From assembly GCA_977018835.1 (NCBI GenBank), contig OZ361258.1, positions 3,348,001 through 3,412,000 of the forward strand: 64,000 nt of DNA, in the 5' to 3' direction. Position numbers and translations under genes: made by a program. This stretch comes from Minutocellus sp. GHC0000111. Lineage: Eukaryota. The first letter of the stretch is position 1. Every line of letters begins with the position of its first letter. Under the pieces are notes generated by a model that did not search any database, was not told the origin of the DNA, and saw nothing but the letters and a program-made list of their open reading frames with translations. Positions 40,186-51,544 of this stretch are shown here, piece after piece.

Positions 40186-41785
40186 TTATATGTGCGGCAC
40201 CCCTACTCGCGGTACAGCAAAAATAGCCGGCCCCGCTTGTTGAAATTTACCTCCCATGGTTTGGTAAAAGATGAGAGAATATCTATCCTTGCCCTCGTCG
40301 TACGGAGCCACCCAGTGTGGATAGCGACCGTCAACCTTCCCCAAGCGATTCTTTGTGTTGACATGCGCAAGTATTCTTGCGGAACATTCCACCATAACAC
40401 CCCCGGTACCATCTTCGAAATCTCCCACAGACAATCCATAGAATGGCGCAAGATTTTGCTTGTCAATGTGCGGAGAACCCCTAAAGTTGTGGGTTACTGC
40501 CAGTGCCGTGTATCTGGAGGCAAAGTCGGGATCGACCGATGCCATTGCAGTCTGCGCAAGTTCCCATACCACACGATGTTTTTCCAACTTGCCCTCGGCC
40601 TTGGCCTTCTTCTTCTGTCCCAATTCCGACCACGAGGCAGGAGAAGTGAGAATCATAATTCTCGGCATTGATCGATACTCGCTCCTGGTTGCCGTCCTTC
40701 CACCCACTCGACCACTCAGCAAGTGCTGCCCTCAAATCATGCAAAAGGTTTTGACTGACCGGCATCCCCTTTACTCGCACAATTTTCCGATCGTTTTCTT
40801 CCTTCTCGTACAAGTCGAGTAGACGATCCATCACATCTACCCTGGTAAAAGTTTCCGGTGACGAGGGCTCTTCTCCAAAGTCAGCCACCAATCTCCTTCG
40901 TAAGGCCGTTGTAGGCCAAGGCTCGAGTTGAGATCGAAGCAGCGATGGATCTCGCTCGGCCGCTGATCCTCCCACAAACGCCCCCTCTGGCGGAGGGAAG
41001 GATATGGTCATCCGGATATCTGTCGATGGTAACAAATTGCAAAGTTTGTCCTGGAGCTTTTGATGACCACACTTTTGATTGAAGCTCAGGTCGAGAACTT
41101 TGAGATTTGTCAGAGATTGAAGAGCACAGGTTGCTGTCCCATCGCGCGTGTCAGGTTCACTAATCAAGAGTGCAGATTGCGAAGATCGGAGCATATTGTG
41201 AGATACATCGAGCGTTTCCAGCTGTACCAGATCAACTACCGACTTGGGAAGCGCCGAGAACCAATTTCTCGACAGATCGAGATGTCGCAAACTTGCCAAC
41301 GGCTTGAGATCAGACGGCAAATCCCAAATTTCGTTCCGGCTCAAGTTCAGATGAATGACTGAGGAGAGAGACATCGGGGTTAGGGATTCTGCAATACGTT
41401 CGATATCGAGCTCCCCCCTTAGACCCTTTTCGCTCATATCACAGAAACCGTCTTCAGTATTCTCTTGTGCCGGTTTTCGCTCGCTACTTGCGCCGGGAAC
41501 GATCATCGAACCGTGATTGTCCATCGGCACCTCCTTTCGCTGCACCATGTGAGGCAAGTGCTTGATTCGAGCGGCCGTCTCGAGACGTTCCAAAGTTTGT
41601 ACCACTTCAACATAGTCGGAGCAAGAGGCATCGAGGTCGTCGGCAATAGGCCCACCTCCGCAGGCTCGATGGTGGGTCAGGTCCGTGACAACCTCGAGGC
41701 CCATTTTGGCTGCCTTGGCGCGGGCGGCCTTCCCTGTCCCTCCTCCGCTCTTGGCATTTGCGTCGGTGCTGGCTGTTGGCGGCAT
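40186..41785 (-). CDS. LRR protein fused to a C-terminal TET/JBP-like 2OG-Fe(II) dioxygenase domain, frameshift at about 40655
   Basis: LRRs LNLSRNEI, LDLSRNWF, LDVSHNML and LDLSFN. C-terminal PHIDKQN...GDF..GG...DGRYPHW...RYSLIFY gives HxD/H/RxS. Confidence 0.65.
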
Positions 41786-42108
41786 ATTTGCTGAATGCAC
41801 GGCCGCCTACAAGAATAATGCAAAAAGTGGCCTGGTTGGCTCTGGTGATGCGCGGTCTCTACCCTGCGAACCCTTTACGGGCGATGGACAGGCCTCCAAG
41901 GTTCGCATGCACATGCCTGCGAAGGCGTAGGCCTGAATGACAAGGTGAATGAGGCGAGTTTGCTTTGCTCGTGCTTCAGGGTCTTGGGCTTCGTATCGTC
42001 TCATTCGCCTGCCTCCCTTCCACGAGCCTCGCGCAAGACGACTCACAAACAAAGTCAAAAGGATAGAAAGAGTCTAACGATAGTGTACAAGCCAATAATC
42101 ATAACATC

Positions 42109-44210
42109 ATGTCGGCTCTCATAACTGCCATCCAAAACGAGGACGTGAAAGTAGCTCTGCAACTCATCATTCCTTGTAGCGATCTGCTTCATGCCAAGAC
42201 GTCCGACGGCAAGGCACCTCTCCATTGGGCCAGCAGGCGCGGCCAATTGCAGACGGTCGAGGCACTGATTAATGCGGGTGCCGATGTCAACACCAAGGAC
42301 GAAAGTGGGGACACACCTCTGCATTCTGCCAGCAGGTATGGATACGACGAGATCGTCAAGGTTCTCATCTCGGCCGGCGCCGATGTCGACGCCAAAACGA
42401 CGACGATCGGCATGACTCCGCTGCACGCGGCATGTGTTTCCCATAGCAATTGCGGGAACGATCATGTTGCCGTATGTCAGGCTCTACTCGCTGCAGGGGC
42501 GAAAGTCAACACAAAGGCGGATGATGGGACGACACCACTGCACACGGTTGCGTTCGGGGTGTATCCAAATGCATCCTTGACAGAGGCGTTGCTTGCCGCT
42601 GGGGCAGATGTTCATGCAACAGCTATCAGTGGAGAAACGCCGCTCAACTGCGCTAGTTATTTTTTTGGCTGGCCAGGAGAGGGAAGGAAGAGGATCGCAA
42701 AGGCTTTGATAGCTGCCGCTGGAGCAGAAGTCAATACGAAGGGCGAAGGGGGGCGCACTCCACTGTTTCTGGCCTGTGTGCATAATAAGACAGAGTTGGT
42801 AGAAGCTCTCCTTGCCGCTGGAGCTAATCCTTCCATCGAAAGTGAAGATGGTCGAAATGCTCTAGCCATTGCCAAAGAAAAGGAGAACACGGAAATAATC
42901 GACATGCTCGAACGCGATATGAATAGGTTTAAGCCGCTTCCGTGCTTCCTTGACCTGCCTGCGGGAGTGAATGTACACATAGGAAATTCCTTCCGTTGCC
43001 CCTTCCTCGCCATCGCCCTTATGACGAAACATACGAGCCAAATCAACTGATGAATTTTTGCATTGTCCTTGGACCAAAGCTATCGAAAGTCCTCCGACAG
43101 GAATACCTCCGAGATAACTTGGAATATCTGAAATATATTTATCGCCGCGCAAGACGCCTGTCTGATATTTTGGAGGATGATTTCGATGTCATTCATGAAT
43201 ATCCAAAATCCGTCATGAGACAAACACTCCTGATTCTAGATGCTGGGCTTCGGGAATGGATGCACTGGAATGAGTGGTGGAAACATGCTGCAAGGAGAGC
43301 CTTACGACACAATTTCGACTCGATCACTGAAGCATCACATCGGTATCCACCATGGCTCTTCAAGAGACTTCACATTACAGCATGCGACGACTCTCCCGAA
43401 GGGCCACCAGGTTACATCAGGCTTGATAAGTGCATTGGATACCTGAAAGGTGGAGAATATTCGATTGACCGTGACACCAACGAATCCTTTTTCATTGGAT
43501 ATACACTTCAACTGATTCAAGAGGACTTTGCTAAGATATTTTTCAATCCAGCCCTCGTCACTGCACTTGGGGTGTTGGAGTTGCTACAGTTCCAAATGGA
43601 AGAGCTCAAGCTCGACATGAATGAGATCGAAGCTAGAAGAATTGGTGATGTCGGGTTATTCCAAATGGAAGAGCTCGACAATATGATCGAAGCTCGAGGG
43701 ATTGTTGATGTCGGGTTAGGTTTAGGGAACTGTCCTCTTCTTTTCCACGCATTATTCCAGCCAAACCGTCCTTTGTTTCATTTCTTGGTTTCGCATGAGG
43801 ATCTTGTCGTTAACCCCCGTCCTCACGAGGCACAAAGTAGCTTGCTCCATCAGCTGCCATGGTGTTTCAATGAATACTATTTAGATGATTGGTTTGTGGA
43901 CTTGGGAAGAGTCGAAAGAATATTGGAAAAGGCAAAAGATGAAGATTTCGAGTCCCACAATAGTGAGGGAAATACACCTTTCCATGAATTATGCGAGACA
44001 TTTCGAAGATCAAAAGCGCTGGATTCACGCTTGATTGAAGTTGCAAAACTATATCTTTCGCACGGGGCCAAGGTGACAAACAGGGCTTTGTGGGAGATGG
44101 AAGAATGTCGAAGATGGATACACGATTATGTAAGAGAAGAGAAAGAGATTGAAGTTGCTGAGCGTCAGTTGAAAGAAATGGCTGACCTCCTGAACCAAAA
44201 TAAAGAATAG
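42109..44210 (+). CDS. Ankyrin repeats, F-box-like motif and C-terminal domain of unknown function, frameshift at 42984-42986
   Basis: About seven ankyrin repeats. One added A gives FLDLPAGVNVHIGKFLP and joins the 404-aa ORF, which has a further ankyrin-like EGNTPFH...LSHGAKV. Confidence 0.7.
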
Positions 44211-44346
44211 AAAAAGCTAGGTAGTAGTAAAATTGTCGCAATGATATTGAGTAAGCTTGAGTGGGCCTACATGTACCCTGAAATCTGGCAGAGGATGATA
44301 ACAATGCCATCTCGCTCGATGTGCTAACTCGGAACTACTTCGCATA

Positions 44347-45967
44347 GAGTGATTTCACGAGACCGCCGACAAAATCGACGTAAATATGTAGCCACTAGAA
44401 AAACTTTTTATACGATGTTTTATGCAGTGAAAAAAATGAACCCACTAGATGGCCTCACTCAACGCGACGAAAGCAAGCCGGGAGAATTCATCTCCAAAAG
44501 GTGGGCACAGTGTTATAAAAGGCTAGCAATCAGCGTGGTCGACCAAGCCACCATGATCAGATTGTCCTGCGAAGATTCGTCGGCGCCACGCACTTGGATG
44601 CCAAGAGGACTTTCTACCTTAGGCACCAATCCGACACAACTACGACCTCTGACGGCACAGCAGCTGACCGAACGACTCCGAAAGCTGCTGAAAAGGTCAG
44701 TGATCGATGTGGCCTCAGACGACGACTCCATGTCAACTTTGTCCGACGACGGCTGCGGCAACTTCATCGCCATCGACGAGGCTGACGACCACGAGCACGA
44801 TCACTCCATGCACGCATGCATGGCAGACATGGGCGGTGATGGCACCCCAGCAGATGGTGACGACGAACCAGGAGCTCCAGGAACGGGAGTTGGAGCAGCA
44901 GGCCAAACAGCGAGTGTGACCTTCGGTGCCGATTCATCCCCCACAGGTTCGCTGCATGTCCCTGGCTTCCTGAGGGCTCTCAATGTGTCGCACCTGGGAG
45001 ACATCAATTCCCAGTCGAGTTCTGATGAGGCATCGCCTCCTCCTCTCCGCAGAGTGACGTCGAGGAGGAGGAGACAAACATGACCGAGAGGAGGATCAGA
45101 TGCAACTGCAGATGCTGCTTTGCGAGGCCACCGACGTTCAGGAGGACGTCATCCGCCTCAGGCTACAGCAGCAAATGAGAGCGAGGAGACAACACCGCTC
45201 ATCATGAAAGGAAAACAGGTCGACCAAGCATCTGACGCTGGTTCAAGGGGGGTGATGGAGTCTCGGCTCCGTCACATCCGGGTTGCCCTGACCAAGGTTT
45301 GCAGGCACCTGCCAAAGATCCCAGCTCAAGGTGGTAGGCTAAAATCTAAGCAAGCAGTGACAACAGAGAAGAAACTGAATGTCACAACTGGACGTCCTAA
45401 ATGGACGTCCACATGTGACAAACAGGCCTTCCTGCTTTGAGCCTCAATCCTACTTTTGGGCGAAACATCGCTGCAATCAGCGTGGTCGACCAAGCCATGG
45501 TCAGATCACCCTCTGCTAAAAGTAGAAGCAATCAACAACCTTCGTACTAGCACACCTATTCGCTATCCTCTTTTGTTTGGCCCACAACACGAGATACCGA
45601 AACAACCTCACATCGATCGGCAACACATCTTGTGGCACCTCTCTTGTTTGAGCAAATGGGTTTCGTTTTGTGATGAAGTTTGATGCAAAATTTTTTTTCT
45701 CTCAAGCAGCACAGCTGTCTTCACCCACAAAAAATATAAGTTTTGAACAAATGTAATATGCCTAAACAAACACTCTATTGCCGCATCTATGTCATGTGCT
45801 AAAAGAGACCAACAAGACTGTTGCACACACCAACTAGCAACTCATTTTGATTGTTGTTGACTGTGTTCTGCAACATCTTTCTTAGCAACGATCAGCAATC
45901 TAAATGAGTTGGCACAATGTTTACGAAACGTCGCGGACGGGGTGTCGGCTCTCTCGTGAAATCACTC
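44347..45967. mobile_element. Non-autonomous TIR DNA transposon, long copy (1621 bp)
   Basis: Same TIRs and TA flanks as 34403-35327. Internal repeat gcaatcagcgtggtcgaccaagcca at about 44526 and 45473. Confidence 0.8.
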
Positions 45968-46384
45968 TATATAAATAGAAGGAAGGATCAAATGGCTCAA
46001 TGTCTATTGATCAACATTTTTAATTCAGAAGCAAGCGACATTGGCCAAACACAGCGCACTTCATTGCGTTCAGTTGGAGCTGCATGCCGCCAGCATTTCA
46101 CATTACTTGTCTTTTTCCAAGCTATGTAGCAAGTTTCGCCCTCGCATATTTAGCACCTACAGCTGCAGCTGCATGCTCATCTACCATGCGACGGTCATGT
46201 TCAGAGCTCAGGCAGCACCATTTTTGCCAGCCGGATGACTTGCGTACTTTTAGTCGCATTTTTTGTGGCCGGCAGGCTCGCGCGACCTCGACGTTTCTGC
46301 TCAACGCGGTGCAACCATGGCAACATTTCATTTCGTCCCCGCTACATGCAGAACGGCGACGAATACTCGCGCTGGTGTGGAGGG

Positions 46385-46453
46385 AATAGTGCACCAGCTG
46401 AATCTGGTGCTCTTGACATACTGTTGAAGCTGTGATTCAGCTGGTGCACTATT
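46385..46453. repeat. Second copy of the 20-bp inverted repeat
   Basis: Identical to 35745-35813. Confidence 0.9.
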
Positions 46454-49268
46454 TTGCCATTAGCAAAAAAAATAATGGCGACTTGAATCAAATTGGCACA
46501 GATTTCGACCGTCACTCCAGCACCACCCTCCCCTATCCCAATTGTGCTTTTCTTGCAGGAATTGAGCACAGACTGTAGACTCTGCCGCTCATAACTCCGA
46601 TCTGATATATATCAGTGTGCATCGTTGCCGCTCGGCACGTGATAGGACTTCAAAAACACATGATAGCGACGAATTTCTTTCATTGACGTGCCAGAAAAGT
46701 TGTGCTCGGGGCACCTGCACCACAAAAGCGATTGCGTTGCATAAAGTTGTGGGACTGTGAAGACCCACTGCGCCTTTGAATCTGACCTGTATGTATTTTA
46801 TGATGCTGCTGTGACCTCAGAAGATCTGGGACATGTTTTTTCTTGCAAAAGAATGCCCATGATTAGCAGTGGCAAGATCGGCAGATTCCTAGAGCTTGGC
46901 ACTAGCGGGGGATTGGAGGTGGTTCGTTGGCTTGAACATCAGCCCAACCGGCGATTTTATGCGTTGAAACCTTCCTGTGGATACATTAGGCGATATCAAA
47001 GCAATCCATCGTTGAACAGGACATGAAATTCGTTGATGGGGGTCAATGCAGTAAATTTTTGTGCTGGTGGAGGTTGAATTTTGTGCCTCAATTGGACTTA
47101 TCGGTGCCGATGGTGTGGATCTGGAGACTCTAATGATGCATCTATCGGTTGAGGCAGATAGCGGCATAAAAGAGGGTGTTGGAAATTGCCTGGTGGTAAA
47201 AAGAAAGGGTCGATAACACATCTTCTCGGCGAACATGGAATATCTTGGTGAAACGGGCTGGAATCGGAGGCCCCTCGACTTCCAGACATGAAATTGATAC
47301 TGTTCATCTCATGGATGAAAACTCGCGAACACTCGCCTGCAACTACCTCCCTGTGGTATATGACTTTCGACTTTTGATGAGTTTCGCCGGGTTGCTGCAA
47401 GAAATCGGCGTCAATTTATTGATGGCATTCAATTTTTATGGGGCCCCAGCAAAATTGTAGGAGGTCAACCTTCCTGACCGAGGAAGATGATAAATTGGCA
47501 TGTCGACGTAACCAAGAGTATTCTATTTGCTTTGGTTCCATTATATATATGTAGAAGAAGTTAAATTTAGATAGATGGTGTATGGTTGTTCACTCTATGA
47601 AGTTTAGTAACCACAATCATCTGTAGTGGTAGCAATGATGCTACCGCAGGGCCCGACCGCACTCTCAGACATAAATGACGTCTATAATAAGTGAAGCGAG
47701 CAATTCTACTTCAGCTACTACCCATAGAATTCCACTAGATATGTAATCTGATGCGACTCTATGAGAGTGTTATTGAGTTCGTGATTATTTGTTGATCTAT
47801 AAGCCATGTTCCTTCATGGAGGTCGACGACCACCGAGATTTGCGACAAAACCTTCCGAATTTTCACATCGATTCGCCTCCATAACTTTCCACGCCGGTAC
47901 AAATGAAATGCCATGAGCATGTACGTCGCTCGGGTATATCAAGGGTCGTCGTTTGATACCCTTCCGATGCAGTAGTCGTGGTTGATTGTTGTTCAGTATC
48001 AATATTAGAATTTTGACTCGGCACCCCGCAAAATCTGGCGTCGACCTCCACGAAACATTCAGATGCTTATGAAATCGCCAATCTTTGCAGCAAACCCGCG
48101 AAACTTTCCATCAATGAGTCACCATATATCATGTGTAGGTGGGAATAAGGTACTGATGTGGTGAATGGACGTGCATGCACCCAAACTATCGTCATGTTGG
48201 TAATTTTGACCTCCCAGAAGGACAAAACTCACCCTCCAAAAATGATAACATTAGATAGTTTGGCCGAAGTGTCAACTCAATCGCTAGAAAAATGCAATCG
48301 AATCTTAGCGTGGGTACATATCGTCCGATTGGAAGCGTCGCTATCGTCAATTTGGCGTAGATTGGTGTACCTATAGTAAAAATGATATTGCGGTGGAGAA
48401 GTTGAGGAGAATCTGGAAGTTTTGGTTTTACTTGATGTTGTGTGAGATTACAATGGGTTGCCAACACAAACTCAACAATCAACACATACTCTTTCATTCT
48501 TTAGTACATACCCTGGCAGGATGGAACGAGAATCAGCGCCTCTCTGTCGAATTGCAAGAACTATTGCACATCACCTGATTTTGGCACGTGTCCCAACACT
48601 GGGAAATTTATTGCAAATCCATAAAACCCCAACAAAATGATCCGCTTACTGACACCCACACCGCAGAAGAAGCACATCGATCGCTTCAGTAGTGTTATGG
48701 TAGCGAAATATCAAAAGTTGTATAGATACTCTAAGCGGATTTTTTCGAGCAAAAGGACCACATTGACACTGAGGACCGTTTTTGCGACGAAGTCGAATTC
48801 TTGATTTTTGAGACGGCGTCGGCGTTTCGCGACTGTTGCACATGCGAACTCAAAACCACTGCCCCACCACCCCTCGATAATACCATTGGAGCGATGTTTC
48901 AAGTCGTCAAACGTTGGCAATCTCTCATTATATCGACGCCAGCGTTACTTTTCTCTCCGATTGTAGCCGTCGTGGAGGTCGAGGTCGGCCAGTGACAAGT
49001 GCCGAAAGCCGATTTTCGTCAGTTTCAGGGACTAGAGGCTCAGAATGACGACTCCCTGGCCAAGTCACACATGTGGAGAGGAGATACTGAGGCAGGGAAT
49101 GGTGGTTGAATGCCATCTTGGTGGTCGTCTTGGGGCTTGAGTTTGGCTTGTTCGTTTTGTAGGAATAATGGCACAGTCCGAGATGGGTGGTATTTCCGGG
49201 TTTCTTCGGTATTTCCGGGTGTTTATCGCGCGAACGCTTCATCCGACCGGCGAAGCAATGCGAGATGG

Positions 49269-51532
49269 TGTTGCACCTAGGTAAAGACGAGACACGAAGG
49301 TCGCTAGACACAGGGTACGTAGGTGTACTGGTCTATGAGCGGTATCTTGTACTCGCTAAGCTTAATGTTAGTAATGCTAAACAACACGCAAAATATGGGA
49401 GCATGTCATAGCCAAAAGATACGGTTTGACACCACATGCTGCGGGGGCTTTCTAAATGAACAAATAAAGTAATCGCCAATCGACACTTCCAACACACTCC
49501 TGTAATCCTAACCGGCGTTAATTCAATGATCGGTGAGGGATTAGGTCACATTGTATTGGGAACCTTGAACGTTGAGAATCGTGTCTCGGAAACGTAGAAA
49601 CTTGGAGCCCTGGAGGGGCTTGGTAAAGAAATCGGCTACCATGTCGTCGGTGGGAGACAGCAGGATGTCAACCGCTCCACCGTTGGTCTTGATGCGCATC
49701 CGCGCTGGGCCGTCTCGGACATCATTCAGCAGAGCCCTTTCGGAGAAGCAATGCGTGGTCGCCTGGTTGTCGAGCAGGACCTTGAAGTTGCTCTGGGCGA
49801 TGTTGGCCAGGTTGAACGCCTCCATCGGTAGTTCAGCCGTCAGGGACTCGCCGACTTGCACATTGGTGCATCCGTCGAGGTCGGCTAGCTCGGCAGCTTC
49901 ATCTCCCTCTTCCTCGTCAGTCTCGGCTTCGGCCTCCTGGACATGAGCTTGGCCAGTCTTCTTCTTGCCGACCTTGTAGGCTTCGAGCGCCTGCTTGTAG
50001 TCGTCGCATTGGTGCTGATGGTGGCCTGACTCGCCGCACCAGTTGCAATCGTCGTCACCCTTGGACTTATCGTCGTCCTTGTTGCCGCCGCCTCCTCGGC
50101 GGCCGCCGCGCCTGCCTCGGCTGCGGGAGCTCTCTTGATTGAAGAGCAGGGCTGACTGTGCCGGCGCCTCGCTGGCGCCTCCACCACTGTTCCGGTAGTT
50201 GACCGCCATCGCTAGTGCTTCCTCCACCGTGGGGGGACAATTGTCCTTGCCCTTGAGGAGCTCATTGGCGAGCTCGGCAACCATGGTTCCATGCCTCTGC
50301 TTGTCCAGTCCGCAAAGGAAGGCTGTCGCGTTGCTACGGTCGATTGCCTCCTTGCGCGCCGCCTGTCTCTGCTGACCAGTGGCCGTGGTGATCTTGCTGG
50401 GGTCGCCGCCGACCTTGGCGAGGAGCAGCTTGTGCACAAGGGATGGATGAGCGAGGGAGACAGTGCCGACAGACTCTGCTGCCTCAAGCGCTGCCACGAA
50501 CCTCTTGTGGTAATCCTCAGGGTTGCTCTTACCCTGGGTGATGTTGACGACACCCCGCATCGACTGATGGAGCGTCAGTGGGAGATGCTGGTGGGTCTGC
50601 TGGCCACACATGACGGACTGGATTGCCTTCAACAGCTTGATGGGATCCTTGGTGCTGTCGATGGCAGACCACTCATCGCGGCCCTCCAACGACCTCCTCA
50701 TCGATGGGGTGCACTGCCCGAGGACCTGACCGCATAGGGTGGTCATGTCCTTGCACACTGATCGGCTCTCCTTCTTCGCCACTTCCACTTCCTTCTCGTA
50801 GATGCGGATGGCCACCTGCAGCTGAGTTGCCGTGAGCGTAAGCTCCTTGCCGCTGGTGTCGGTCTTGACGGTGACGCCGTCCTCCTCGTGCTGCTTGATG
50901 CTATCGAAATCTGGCATGGGCGGGATCTTCTCCTTGAACTGGATCAGATCCTTGATGCACTGTGCCATGGTGAGCGGGTTGTCGAAGACCTGGGCCCTCA
51001 GAGCATACTCCTCGAGCTCATGGTGTGCGTTGGTCCACTTGGACTGCGAGTCCGGCCGACATCGAAGATGACGTCCGCGAGCGCTTCGGTGGCTCCAGCG
51101 AACTTGGACGACGTGGCATATTGCTTCCTGCCGCGCTGCGCGGCGTTGCCGGAGCGCTGCTGCTGCTGCTGCTGGCCGGTCTTGGGCGCCTTGGCGCCTG
51201 GTTCGGTTTTCACGTTCCTCACCATTGCAACGTCGGTGCGGGGGAACGGGGGGAGATGCGCGTGTTTGTTTGTGTCGGGTCTCTCGCGCGATCGATCCGG
51301 TATTTTGCGTGTTGTGTTGTAAAGACGAGATACGAAGGTCGCTAGACACAGGGTACGTAGGTGTACTGGTCTATGAGCGGTATCTTGTACTCGCTAAGCT
51401 TAATGTTAGTAATGCTAAACAACACGCAAAATATGGGAGCATGTCATAGCCAAAAGATACGGTTTGACACCACATACTGCGGGGGCTTTCTAAATGAACA
51501 AATAAAGTAATCGCCAATCGATACTTCCAACA
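49269..51532 (-). mobile_element. Non-autonomous Ty1/Copia (CoDi-like) LTR retrotransposon, gag only
   Basis: LTRs 49269-49494 and 51310-51532 with TGTTG...CAACA termini. 5-bp TSD GATGG at 49264-49268 and 51533-51537. PPT-like GGATTACAGGAGTG next to the 3' LTR. Confidence 0.93.
49541..51225 (-). CDS. gag: Gag with zinc knuckle, protease stub and RNase H tail. Integrase and RT absent. Frameshift at about 51055.
   Basis: GQCT...DPIKLLKAI, CNWCGESGHHQHQC, VLLDNQAT, then directly PTDDMVADFFTKPLQGSKF. Confidence 0.85.
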
Positions 51533-51544
51533 GATGGGGCTGTG

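Larger units (their letters stand above)
44000..48625 (+). repeat. Direct segmental duplication, copy 2
   Basis: Near-identical to 34056-37984, with about 700 bp extra inside the TIR element (about 44525-45270). Confidence 0.95.

Noticed and set aside
44349..45083. 244-aa ORF inside the TIR element as a transposase
   Set aside because: No DDE or other recognisable motif. TpA loss removes TAA/TAG stops and inflates ORF length.
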